64,000 nt of DNA from an uncultured Gammaproteobacteria bacterium (GTDB lineage: Bacteria > Patescibacteriota > Microgenomatia > Levybacterales > UBA12049). The stretch lies in NCBI GenBank assembly GCA_965230895.1, contig OZ246394.1:313316-377315 (forward strand). The letters are read 5' to 3'. Position numbers and translations under genes: made by a program. Below are positions 1-9,206 of this stretch, piece by piece (positions within the stretch are counted from its first letter, which is position 1; the number at the start of each line of letters is the position of its first letter). The notes beneath the pieces were generated by a model, which made no database searches, was not told the DNA's origin, and saw nothing but the letters and a program-made list of their open reading frames with translations.

Positions 1-865
1 TATTCCTTAAATGCTCAGCGACGCGTTTTACCGTTTCGGTAATGGTCTTCTCAGCACTTTTCTCTTCATCAGATATCCCTGCTTTATCTAAAAGGCTTGC
101 TGCAGCTACTGTGCCACCCCACGTTCTAAAGTCTTTCGCTGTAATATCTTTACCAGTAATTGCTTTTAAGTACTCATTGATGTCATGGGATGTTACGTCA
201 TTAGGTTTTCCGTCATCATCAATATATTCAAATAAATCTTGTCCAGGAAGCTCTTGGCAGCGACGGATAATGTTGGCTATTTTTTTATCACTTACATGGA
301 CTTTGTGCTTTACTCCGCTTTTCCCAACAAAAGAAAAATCAATATTACTGCTTTTAATATGAACATGTCTATTCGTCAGCGTAGTTAATCCATATGAGTT
401 ATTCTCTTCTTTATATTCGATATTTCCTACGCGAATTAACGTATGTTCTAAAAGCCAGATCACTGTAGCCATTACTTTCTCTTTTGGTAACCCTTTCAGT
501 TCTAAACTTTCATTAATATGTCTCCGTATTCTTGGAAGCGCTGATGCAAAATCCAGTACATGACTAAATTTTTCCTGTTGCTTCAATTCATTCCAGAATT
601 GATGGTACCGATATTGTTTTCTTCCTCGTGCATCGATTCCAGTTGCTTGCATGTGACCATTGGCATACGGGGAAATCCAAACTCTTTTCCATGCTGGAGG
701 GATGACAATCTTGTTTATTCTTTCAATTACTGTATCGTCGGTAATTCTCTCCCCTTTTCTATCAAAGTACGCAAAATGCTTTCCTTGCAGTTTTCTTGTG
801 AAGCCAGGCTTATTGTCTGTTACATACCGAAGTTTCACTTCAGCCAAAATATCTTTCTCTTCCAC
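1..865 (-). CDS. DNA topoisomerase IB (poxvirus-type), partial; C-terminus lies beyond window start
   Basis: Manual minus-strand translation gives ...LRYVTDNKPGFTRK...IVIPPAWKRVWIS...YRYHQFWNE...FSFVGKSGVKHKVHV...DITAKDFRTWGGTVAAA..., the conserved TopIB core including the TAKxFRT motif. Absent from the ORF track because the start is a non-ATG codon (GTG 863-865 or TTG 845-847) and the ORF runs off the edge. The catalytic Tyr is not in the window. Confidence 0.7.
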   Translation of the reverse strand, partial: MEEKDILAEVKLRYVTDNKPGFTRKLQGKHFAYFDRKGERITDDTVIERINKIVIPPAWKRVWISPYANGHMQATGIDARGRKQYRYHQFWNELKQQEKFSHVLDFASALPRIRRHINESLELKGLPKEKVMATVIWLLEHTLIRVGNIEYKEENNSYGLTTLTNRHVHIKSSNIDFSFVGKSGVKHKVHVSDKKIANIIRRCQELPGQDLFEYIDDDGKPNDVTSHDINEYLKAITGKDITAKDFRTWGGTVAAASLLDKAGISDEEKSAEKTITETVKRVAEHLRN

Positions 866-964
866 AGATAGTAGTATATCATGAACAGCTTTTAATTATT
901 TCTTTACTTATATTTACTTAATTCTTATATTTCTGCGCTAGACTAAATAATTGTTGTTACTTTC

Positions 965-1360
965 ATGAAAACGTATAAGAAAGAAGGTCTCAATACTCCC
1001 GCCCGCAGAAAAATACTCGTCGCAGATGATGATCCAGCAATTCTTGATGCTGTTAAGATGATGCTTGAGTTCTGTAATTATGAGGTTTGTACTGCTCAAG
1101 ATGGGAGATTTGAGCCTAAATTAAAAGATCATAAACCACAATTAGTGCTTCTGGATATTTGGTTATCAGGAACTGATGGAAGGGAAGTTTGTCGGAAACT
1201 TAAATCTAAAAAGGAAACTAAAGATATTCCTATAATTCTTATTTCTGCAAGTCGTGATGTTGAAGAGAGTTCCAAAGAAGCAGGTGCCAACGATTTTCTC
1301 CCGAAACCTTTTGAGATGAATGACCTTCTCAATAAAATTGAGAAATATATAACAAACTAA
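965..1360 (+). CDS. Stand-alone response-regulator receiver (CheY-like), orphan copy
   Basis: KILVADDDPAILDAV...LVLLDIWLSGTDGREVCRKLK...ISAS: receiver fold with Asp pocket and no output domain. One of four paralogs in the window. Confidence 0.85.
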   Translation: MKTYKKEGLNTPARRKILVADDDPAILDAVKMMLEFCNYEVCTAQDGRFEPKLKDHKPQLVLLDIWLSGTDGREVCRKLKSKKETKDIPIILISASRDVEESSKEAGANDFLPKPFEMNDLLNKIEKYITN

Positions 1361-4300
1361 TTATCTTTCGGTTTTCGACCTCTTTTCTCTCCAATCTTTC
1401 CTTCACTCTTATTAAAGAATGCGTAGTATACAACGGGGATGAAGAAAAGCATTGTCGTTCCAGAGAAGAAAAGTCCTGACATGATCGCTCCGCCAAGTCC
1501 TCTCCATAATGGATCTGACAAAGTGATTGGAATTAACCCAACAATTGTTGCAAATGATGTTAACGTAATCGGTTCTAATCGACTCTCTGCTGCATCGACA
1601 ATAGCTTCTCTAAACTCCATCTGTTCTTTTAAGTTTTGATTGATCTTATCAACGATAAGGATTGAATTCTTTACAACAATCCCAAAGAGCGCCAGTACAC
1701 CGATAAGTGCTGGGAACGATAACGGAGTATTTGTAAGTGAGAAGATAATAAATACCCCTGAGATCGATAATGGAATAACGAGCATAACTATGAAGGCTTT
1801 TCTGAAAGATGAAAACTGTAAGACCATAGTTATGATGATTAACAGGAATGACAAAATCATGGCCATAAGAATCGCTTGAACTGACTGATCATTTTCTTCA
1901 TTCACTCCGCCGGTTGCCCATGAATACCCGTCTGGTAAGTTAAGAGAGTTTGCGTACTCTTCAAGTTTTGCATTCATATCAGTTACTGAAACGCCTTGAG
2001 TAACACTTGCAGAGACTGACATTGTTCTCTTACCATCTTCCCGCGTAATAAGTGTTGGGTTTGGCCGCAATTCAAATCTTCCAAGCGAAATTAACGGAAT
2101 TTGTCCATTTGGTGTTGGAATAGTTATCGATGAAACATCTTGTGCGGTTTGAGGAGTTACAGCTGTACGCAATACGATGTCCTGAGAATCATCCGATTCT
2201 TTTTGAAGTTTTGCATCCTTTTGCAATGTAAATCCACTAGCGTAGGTCCGCATAGCAGATCCTAATTGATCCTGAGTAATTCCAGCAGTAGCAAGCTTTT
2301 GTGCATCAGGAATAAATACAATTTTACTCGTACCAGATTTAATTGACTTCGAAATATTTGTGACACCTTGCTGTTTTTCCAAAAAGGTCTGAATCTGTGT
2401 CGCATATGTATCAATTTCTGATAAGTCTTCTCCGGAAACTTTTATTTGCAAATCACTCCCAGCAGGTGGACCATCTGAAACTTCAACGACAGAAACAGTC
2501 CCTTTTTGATATGCGCTATACTTGTCTCGAAGCTTTTGTGATAGATCAATTGAAGATACTCCACCTTTATGTGGAAGAAGAATTGTTACAAGAGCAGTAT
2601 TATCACTTGATCCCCCAAACCCTCTTCCTGGATCGATACTTAATTTAGGAGTTGCAGTTACAAAAGAAACATCTTCGATTGTTCGTATATCATTCATGAT
2701 CGCAATCATTTCTTTTCTTGTCGTTTGGATATTTGTGCCGGATGGTAATTCAAGAGAGAGATAAATATATTCTTGATCACTCTTTGGGAAGAATTCATTT
2801 TTGACATATCCCAGTGGGACAAGAAGGTATGAGAATAAAGCGAATGCAATAACGACAATAACTGTAGTTCTTCTCAATGACGTTTTGGATAAAATCTTGT
2901 CAATAATTTTTCGGTATTTTCTTTCAATAATTTCAAAATTGATAACACCATTATTTAAGTAATACGAGATACTCTTTCTTTCTTTTTGTTCCCGTTGAAT
3001 TGGTTCTGAGTGAAGTCTCTCTTGCATTCGTTTATACAGTTGATAGCGGACTTGGAAATAGATAAAAATGTTAACAACAAAAAGTATTAGCGCTGGAATA
3101 AATAAAGGACCTTGCGGCATGACAACAAAAAAGAGCGCAAGCACTAAGAGAATTCCAATGATTCTAAATAGCACCACAATGCGGTTTGGGAGATTCCCAT
3201 TGAGTAAGATGATAAAAAATGGAAGTGTTACAAACAGTGCAACGCCAAGTGATGCCAAAAGAATAGTTGAAACAACAATAGGAATTGGTCGAATAAATTC
3301 TCCGATAATACCTGTTGCTAAGAGTAATGGTACAAATGCCCAGACAGTAGTTAATGTTGTGGTTAAAATCGCGGTTTTAAAATCCTTCCAAACCAAAAGT
3401 CCTGCTTCTAATGGAGTAAACTTATTTGTTCTATAATATGCCGTTAATGCAGACACAACAACTATCGTATCATCAACCAAAAGTCCAAGAGACAAAAGTA
3501 ACGAAAAGAATGCAATAAAACTTAAAGAAATATCTGTGATGTTCATTACGATAAATGTAATGAGAAATGTTAATGGAATTGCTAACGAAGCGATAATCGC
3601 CTGACGTAACCCAAGGAATAAAAAGAGTGTCAGAAATACAAGTGAAATCGTAATAATCAAGTCCCGAACTAAATCATAATATTGTTCATCAATTTGCTGT
3701 CCTGCATCTATAACAGACGAAATAGTAAACTTATTGCCATAACTTTTCGTTGTTTCTTCAGTTGTTTTTCTCGCATCTTCAACTGCGTCTGTAATGTTTG
3801 CTGTACCAGTTTTATAAATATCGAATCGGATTGTCTGTACTGGTTCTTGGTTTTTCGTCGCGAGGTACGAAGCAGTTGCATCAGGTTTTATTCTTTCTTG
3901 AACAGTTGCTACATCAGATAAAAGGATTGAAGATCTTCCATTTGCAATGCGTATATTACGCAACTCTTCGACTGACGTTACTGTCGGATCGATGCTTAAC
4001 ACAAATGAAGAATCATTAGTTGTTATATTTCCTGCAGGTGAAGATCCAGTATTTGATTTAATCGTTTGGGATATTGCTTGCGCATTTAATCCATATGATG
4101 CGAGCTTTTGTGGATCTACCAATACTTGAATTTCTTCATCATCTAGCCCTGTTGTCTCTACCCTATCAATTGAAGGAAGATCTTCAAGCTTGTCTCGTAA
4201 AGCTTTTCCAAATCGTACAAGACTGACAGTATCTGTTTTACTACTTAAAGAGAATGTCCAAACAGGTTCATTCTCAAAATCGAGTTTTTGTACACTTGGA

Positions 4301-4725
4301 GATTCCGCATTGTCTGGTAAATCTGTTATGCTATCAACTGCAGATTGGACATCTGCTTTTGCTTTGTCGGGATTAACACCAGATTCAAATTCGAGTGTTA
4401 CGACCGAGACAGAATCTTGAGACGTCGAAGACATAGTCTTAACGTCTTCAAGACTGTTTAAACTATTTTCAACAGGAACAGTAACAAGCGATTCGATATC
4501 ATCGGGAGAAGCACCTGGTAATGTTGTTGAAACAATGACAATTGGAATATTGATCTGTGGATTCAGCACACGAGGTATACTCATATAACTTGCGACTCCG
4601 ACAATAACCATAAGAATTACTGTAAGGATTACAAGTCTGGTATTTTGCAGATATTTTCCAAAAGGAGAAGTAAGCAATGATGGGTCAAACTTTAGTTTTT
4701 TAAGATAAGTAGTTAATTCTGCCAT
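1357..4725 (-). CDS. RND efflux transporter (AcrB/HAE family) inner-membrane pump
   Basis: 1122 aa with the 12-TM, two-large-loop architecture. N-terminus LVILTVILMVIVGVASYMSIPRVLNPQINIPIVIVSTTLPGASPDDIE is typical of ACR_tran proteins. Confidence 0.9.
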   Translation of the reverse strand: MAELTTYLKKLKFDPSLLTSPFGKYLQNTRLVILTVILMVIVGVASYMSIPRVLNPQINIPIVIVSTTLPGASPDDIESLVTVPVENSLNSLEDVKTMSSTSQDSVSVVTLEFESGVNPDKAKADVQSAVDSITDLPDNAESPSVQKLDFENEPVWTFSLSSKTDTVSLVRFGKALRDKLEDLPSIDRVETTGLDDEEIQVLVDPQKLASYGLNAQAISQTIKSNTGSSPAGNITTNDSSFVLSIDPTVTSVEELRNIRIANGRSSILLSDVATVQERIKPDATASYLATKNQEPVQTIRFDIYKTGTANITDAVEDARKTTEETTKSYGNKFTISSVIDAGQQIDEQYYDLVRDLIITISLVFLTLFLFLGLRQAIIASLAIPLTFLITFIVMNITDISLSFIAFFSLLLSLGLLVDDTIVVVSALTAYYRTNKFTPLEAGLLVWKDFKTAILTTTLTTVWAFVPLLLATGIIGEFIRPIPIVVSTILLASLGVALFVTLPFFIILLNGNLPNRIVVLFRIIGILLVLALFFVVMPQGPLFIPALILFVVNIFIYFQVRYQLYKRMQERLHSEPIQREQKERKSISYYLNNGVINFEIIERKYRKIIDKILSKTSLRRTTVIVVIAFALFSYLLVPLGYVKNEFFPKSDQEYIYLSLELPSGTNIQTTRKEMIAIMNDIRTIEDVSFVTATPKLSIDPGRGFGGSSDNTALVTILLPHKGGVSSIDLSQKLRDKYSAYQKGTVSVVEVSDGPPAGSDLQIKVSGEDLSEIDTYATQIQTFLEKQQGVTNISKSIKSGTSKIVFIPDAQKLATAGITQDQLGSAMRTYASGFTLQKDAKLQKESDDSQDIVLRTAVTPQTAQDVSSITIPTPNGQIPLISLGRFELRPNPTLITREDGKRTMSVSASVTQGVSVTDMNAKLEEYANSLNLPDGYSWATGGVNEENDQSVQAILMAMILSFLLIIITMVLQFSSFRKAFIVMLVIPLSISGVFIIFSLTNTPLSFPALIGVLALFGIVVKNSILIVDKINQNLKEQMEFREAIVDAAESRLEPITLTSFATIVGLIPITLSDPLWRGLGGAIMSGLFFSGTTMLFFIPVVYYAFFNKSEGKIGEKRGRKPKDN

Positions 4726-4736
4726 AGGAAAAGCGG

Positions 4737-6173
4737 TTACTGTATTTTGACAGTATCATCAGCGATCACGTTACGATTGAGGATAACCTGATCACCACGT
4801 TTTAAACCGCTTTGTACTTCGACATAATCTCCAAATACTTCTCCAACTTGAATAGTTTTCGTTACTGCTTTGTTATTTTGTGCAACCAACACAAATGACG
4901 TATCTTGTGTTTGATACACAGCGTCAATTGGGATAAGTGGAACAGCTGATGATGTATCGGACGCTTTAAGAGGGACTTGAATTGTTGCATATTCTCCGTT
5001 TGCAAAAAGGTTTTGATATTCACTTGGGATGTCATATTTCACAGCATACAACTGTCCACTTGATGCTTCAGTTGCGACATATAAAGGTGTAATAGAAATC
5101 TTTTTATTCTTCTTCGTTAAAATACTTGGTTCTCCTGTCGAAAGCCGTTGTGCAACTGCTTGAGGGACCTGAAGAAATGCAGTTGATTCAATATCATCTG
5201 CAGCAATTGTTGCTAGTTCTGTACCTGGACTTACTGTTTGACCCTTAACAACTGCAATGCTTTGCACAACTCCTGTAAAAGGACTTGCTGGATAAAATGC
5301 TGCTTCATTTACATATGCTAACTGTACTTGAAGATGTGATACATCTCGATTTAATTCCAATGTTTTTTGTTGAATATCAAGTTGCTTCAATGCAGCTTCC
5401 TTTTGTGCGTTTGCGATAATTGCAGGGGGATTCTCATTTGATGCTTGATATTCAGCTGTTCTTTGAGCTTGTCTCAATTGATTAAGTCCACTTTGTAATT
5501 GAGTAGCTGATCCTTCAAGTTCTCCAATTTGCATATCATTTGCACCATTAGTGTTATTTTCTTTCAGTGCATCGAGAGTATCTCGAATTCCATCGAGCTG
5601 ATCCTGATTTGCATTTACTAAATCAGAAGTTTCTCCAAGAGATTGTCTTGTTATATCTCGTGTTCGTTGTTCATTCTCTGCGGATGCTGTCGCGACATCT
5701 CGTTGATTTTGAATTAGTGAATTTTGTGTACCGAAAGTATCAAGAACGTTTTGATATTGTGTCTGTGCAATCTGTCTCTGAACTGATGCTGCATTCCCGC
5801 CTTGATAGTTTGATGACAGTGAAATTATTTGCTGGCCCTTCCCTACTTTATCCCCTTCTTTCACTGAAATATTTTGGACAATTCCTCCCGACTGTGCAAT
5901 GATTGTGATAACTCCTGTCTTATCAATTCTTGCTTGATATGTTGCTTTAGGACCATCACCAATACTGTATACTTCGACTGATTTTGTCACTCTTTCCGGT
6001 TCTTTTTCTGGAGGAGTTTGTTGAATAAATTTAGCAACGATAAGTAATATTAATAAAAGCCCAAGAACGAGGAAAAAGCTTCCAAGAGGACGTGATTTAA
6101 TAAATGTTACTGTCCGGTTATAGGAGTTTCGTGATGAAGTTGTTATGTTATTTCTAAAAGTATTGTCCGCCAT
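4737..6173 (-). CDS. Efflux periplasmic adaptor / membrane fusion protein (HlyD-like)
   Basis: N-terminal TM anchor, biotin-lipoyl-like beta segments flanking a long Q/N-rich coiled coil, C-terminal beta-barrel. Sits 11 nt upstream of the RND gene on the same strand. Confidence 0.85.
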   Translation of the reverse strand: MADNTFRNNITTSSRNSYNRTVTFIKSRPLGSFFLVLGLLLILLIVAKFIQQTPPEKEPERVTKSVEVYSIGDGPKATYQARIDKTGVITIIAQSGGIVQNISVKEGDKVGKGQQIISLSSNYQGGNAASVQRQIAQTQYQNVLDTFGTQNSLIQNQRDVATASAENEQRTRDITRQSLGETSDLVNANQDQLDGIRDTLDALKENNTNGANDMQIGELEGSATQLQSGLNQLRQAQRTAEYQASNENPPAIIANAQKEAALKQLDIQQKTLELNRDVSHLQVQLAYVNEAAFYPASPFTGVVQSIAVVKGQTVSPGTELATIAADDIESTAFLQVPQAVAQRLSTGEPSILTKKNKKISITPLYVATEASSGQLYAVKYDIPSEYQNLFANGEYATIQVPLKASDTSSAVPLIPIDAVYQTQDTSFVLVAQNNKAVTKTIQVGEVFGDYVEVQSGLKRGDQVILNRNVIADDTVKIQ

Positions 6174-6271
6174 ATTTTGTAAAGAAATTTATAAGCGGAC
6201 AGTGCTCTAAAAATCTTATACTATTATATGGAAAACCTGAACTTTTGTCTATATAGAAAACACATATAGTC

Positions 6272-7072
6272 TTGATAAATTCTGGAATGATTTATATAAT
6301 GATTTCTCTTATGAAACAATTTACCAGCACAAAATTCAAAATTTTTCGAGAGACTCTTATTATTGTTCTTTTAATTCTCGTCGCAAAGTCAATCATTAGT
6401 CATTTCGGTTGGGAGTTTATTTCAACTTCTGCGCTCATGACAAGTATTATTTCAGGAAGTATCTTTGTACTCGGTTTCATCTTGTCTTCAACATATCGAG
6501 ACTATAAAGAAAGTGAATATGTTCCTGTCAGCGTTGTTACTGCGATTGAAAGTATTCATAATGATGGAAAACTTTTTAAAAAGATGTATAAGAAGTTTGA
6601 CTACGTTGAGCTGAATAAGTTATTGGTCAGTATTCTTGACCTGTTCAAAAAAGATTTGTTGATCCATACGAAGAAAGCATACTTTAAAGCAAATGAACTC
6701 TCACTTATTTTTGATAAGTTAGAAAAATTAGGTGTTCCTGCAAATTATATTGTGAAGCTTAAACAGGATCAGAATGTAATTCTACGAGGAATTTTACGTG
6801 TTAATTATATCCAAAAAATTCAGCCAATTCCTTCAGCATTTATTTTGGTTCAGTCAATTGTTACCGGGTTAGTCATCATCTTACTTTTTACAAAAATGGA
6901 TTCAATTATTAATGAACTTGCAGCAATTGGTTTTATTACGTTTATCTTTATCTATATGTGGAAACTTATTCGCGTCCTTGAAAAACCATTCCGAGAAGAA
7001 GGAACGACTATGGATGATGTGAGCCTTTTCCATCTTAAAGAACAACAACTTCGTCTTTCAAGAGAGAAATAA
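6272..7072 (+). CDS. Hypothetical membrane protein (possibly bestrophin/UPF0187-like)
   Basis: Four predicted TM helices with a long cytoplasmic middle region. Weak resemblance only. Confidence 0.4.
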   Translation: MINSGMIYIMISLMKQFTSTKFKIFRETLIIVLLILVAKSIISHFGWEFISTSALMTSIISGSIFVLGFILSSTYRDYKESEYVPVSVVTAIESIHNDGKLFKKMYKKFDYVELNKLLVSILDLFKKDLLIHTKKAYFKANELSLIFDKLEKLGVPANYIVKLKQDQNVILRGILRVNYIQKIQPIPSAFILVQSIVTGLVIILLFTKMDSIINELAAIGFITFIFIYMWKLIRVLEKPFREEGTTMDDVSLFHLKEQQLRLSREK

Positions 7073-7091
7073 TTTCCGCTATACTTAATTC

Positions 7092-7595
7092 ATGAAGCTT
7101 TTTGCATATGGAGCGCTCATGAGTTCCACTCATTTAAAACGTCTCGAAATTTCTCCAAAAATAAGAATGCCAGCGATTTTAGAAGGGTACGCATTACGAT
7201 TTGAAAAGAGACAATCGCATAATCCATACTATGGTGCAGCAAACATTCAGAAATCATTCCCTACATCCAGAGTCTTTGGGATTGTTTTTGATTTTTCAGA
7301 AAATGACATAAGGATTATTGACGAACGAGAGGAATACCCTACTGGATACACTCGAGAAGTAGTTACTGTTAAATTATTATCCGGTGAAGACCTGGAAGTG
7401 CAAACATATGTCGCTCATCCAGATAAAATTGCAAATAATTTATTACCGACTAAGGGGTATATCGATTTAATTACTGAATCCACTGATATTCTTCCTGAGG
7501 AGTATATACAGTTACTTCGTGAGATGGAAACGCTTCCAGACCATTTAGATAGTAATACATTAGTTGAGTACAACGATGAAGAGGTTAAGAAGTGA
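7092..7595 (+). CDS. Gamma-glutamylcyclotransferase-like protein (AIG2/GGACT family)
   Basis: N-terminal LFAYGALM motif (YGSL-type) and size typical of the AIG2-like fold. Ends with TGA. Confidence 0.6.
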   Translation: MKLFAYGALMSSTHLKRLEISPKIRMPAILEGYALRFEKRQSHNPYYGAANIQKSFPTSRVFGIVFDFSENDIRIIDEREEYPTGYTREVVTVKLLSGEDLEVQTYVAHPDKIANNLLPTKGYIDLITESTDILPEEYIQLLREMETLPDHLDSNTLVEYNDEEVKK

Positions 7596-8027
7596 AGCAA
7601 ATGTGACCCACGCAATATACGGTAATAGAAGATATGCTGCAGCTGTGGAAAGTTTTTTAAATTGAATTATTGTATAGAGTATGGTCAGCCATAAAGCCAT
7701 AATGACAAAAAATGCAAAAAGTGGTTGTTCCATACCGAAAAAGGTAAAAGACCAAAAGAAGTTTAGAAATAGTTGTATAAAGAATGCAAATATTGCGCGC
7801 TTTTCTTTCCTCCAAGTGATTCCTTTATTCCAAACAATATAAAACGAAAGTCCCATGAGAAAATATAATATGCTCCAAACTGGTCCAAAAATCCAGTTGG
7901 GTGGATTAAAAGCAGGTTTTACCAAACCAGCATACCAACCTTCAATTGCTGGAGTTGTAACGAAGCTTCCCGCAAATGCGACAAAGAAACAAAGTGCTAA
8001 AGAAGCGATTAGTTTATAAAAATTCAT
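7560..8027 (-). CDS. tspO: TspO/MBR family tryptophan-rich sensory protein
   Basis: LVKPAFNPPNWIFGPVWSILYFLMGLSFYIVW..., five TM helices, W-rich. Confidence 0.85.
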   Translation of the reverse strand: MNFYKLIASLALCFFVAFAGSFVTTPAIEGWYAGLVKPAFNPPNWIFGPVWSILYFLMGLSFYIVWNKGITWRKEKRAIFAFFIQLFLNFFWSFTFFGMEQPLFAFFVIMALWLTILYTIIQFKKLSTAAAYLLLPYIAWVTFASLLNLFIVVLN

Positions 8028-8503
8028 TTTTTCTTTTTCTCTTGTGGAATAAACTTGAGATAACCGATAATAACTGCGATGACAAATCCTATGGCAACCA
8101 CAACAAATCTGAACATGTTATCGTCTGTAGAGAAGCCGCGAATAATACTATAAATAAGTGTGAGGAATCCTCCAAGCAAAAGACCGTCCGCTATTAATAG
8201 AATTGTTTTCGCCATAATAATGCTTACAACCAATGCTACGATTGCAAAAACGAGTGAGATGATTGAGACATTACGGTTATAGTCTTTTTCCTTAGTCTGA
8301 TATTCTTTATACGCTGCATCATACTTTACCTGATCAGCATTTTGCTGCTTAATTTCTGCAGGTGATTGTTGTTCTGGAGGCAAGTATGAACGAGTCGAAG
8401 GATATTCTGGAGCTTGGGGCATAGGATAAAAAGCGGCAATGCCCACACCGACAAGTGTTGCAAAAAGAACTCCAATAAAAACAGAATAAATGAACTTCAA
8501 CAT
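8024..8503 (-). CDS. Hypothetical membrane protein
   Basis: TM helix, charged coiled region, two more TM helices. ATGA overlap with the downstream tspO start. Confidence 0.4.
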   Translation of the reverse strand: MLKFIYSVFIGVLFATLVGVGIAAFYPMPQAPEYPSTRSYLPPEQQSPAEIKQQNADQVKYDAAYKEYQTKEKDYNRNVSIISLVFAIVALVVSIIMAKTILLIADGLLLGGFLTLIYSIIRGFSTDDNMFRFVVVAIGFVIAVIIGYLKFIPQEKKKK

Positions 8504-8540
8504 TACCTTAATTCAATCATAAATAGATTTTCAATGCAAA

Positions 8541-9116
8541 TTATTGAGGAATTATTATATTATAAGTTGCAAAAAGTCCATCATTGGTTCTAGTCATATC
8601 AACTACCAAATCAGAATCAAAAATAGAATCTGATTCATTCTTTTGATTATCAGGTAAATATAATTGACTTGTTAGAGTTGGAGCATCGTTATTTGCTCTA
8701 ATTTTAAAATGAATATGTGGTGTTCGTCCAGGATATTCGCCTGGTATAACTGTAGTTAGCAAAAACTTTCCATTAGCATCCGTATACTGATGTCCTCTCA
8801 ATGTGTACCCATTATTATCATATTCCCCTTTTCCATTTGCTTGCCAGAAATCAATCCAAGCATTAGCGATGGGCTTACAATCTGTATTCAGTACGAACCC
8901 AGAAAGGACTACTTTTTCACCAGGAATTGATTCGCTATACAAGTTTGTATTTTGTGGACTACCTAATTTATAATAAGGCCCTTCTGTTTGTGTCTTTATT
9001 GGATGCTTACTACACGCAATATTATAAGTAGAAAAAGGAGGTTCTGTCTTCATCACATATAGAAGTGTTCCAATCCCGACTAAAGTTAAAGCTAGTGCTA
9101 TTAGTTTTTTATTCAT
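8541..9116 (-). CDS. Secreted intradiol ring-cleavage dioxygenase-like domain protein
   Basis: GEKVVLSGFVLNTDCKPIANAWIDFWQANGKGEYD...GRTPHIHFKI matches the dioxygenase_C beta-sandwich. Start moved to the internal Met (MNKKLIALALTLVG, a signal/TM segment). The ORF track extends to 9170. Confidence 0.6.
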   Translation of the reverse strand: MNKKLIALALTLVGIGTLLYVMKTEPPFSTYNIACSKHPIKTQTEGPYYKLGSPQNTNLYSESIPGEKVVLSGFVLNTDCKPIANAWIDFWQANGKGEYDNNGYTLRGHQYTDANGKFLLTTVIPGEYPGRTPHIHFKIRANNDAPTLTSQLYLPDNQKNESDSIFDSDLVVDMTRTNDGLFATYNIIIPQ

Positions 9117-9206
9117 AGAATAATTATAAAGATTCTTCATAAGAATATGATAAGAAGGCTTCAAATACATCTTTAAACATGGTAGTATAAACTGATCTGG
9201 AAAGCT

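Noticed and set aside
1129-1332. Antisense ORFs overlapping receiver genes (1129..1332 and 53227..53667)
   Set aside because: They lie entirely within confidently identified CheY-like receivers on the opposite strand and have Ser/Leu-rich low-complexity translations.
1439-4420. Multiple 60-120-aa plus-strand ORFs inside the RND gene (1439..1639, 1640..1879, 2397..2648, 2522..2764, 3068..3436, 3682..3921, 3798..4019, 3947..4129, 4190..4420)
   Set aside because: They are antisense shadow ORFs of a well-supported 1122-aa RND gene. Low-complexity translations with no motifs. AT-rich DNA produces long spurious frames.
7560-7595. 36-nt convergent overlap of the GGACT-like gene and tspO as a sign of misannotation
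   Set aside because: Both ORFs have family-typical termini. Short convergent overlaps are common in compact genomes. The GGACT stop is TGA followed closely by TAA, so a slightly shorter or longer C-terminus does not change the call.
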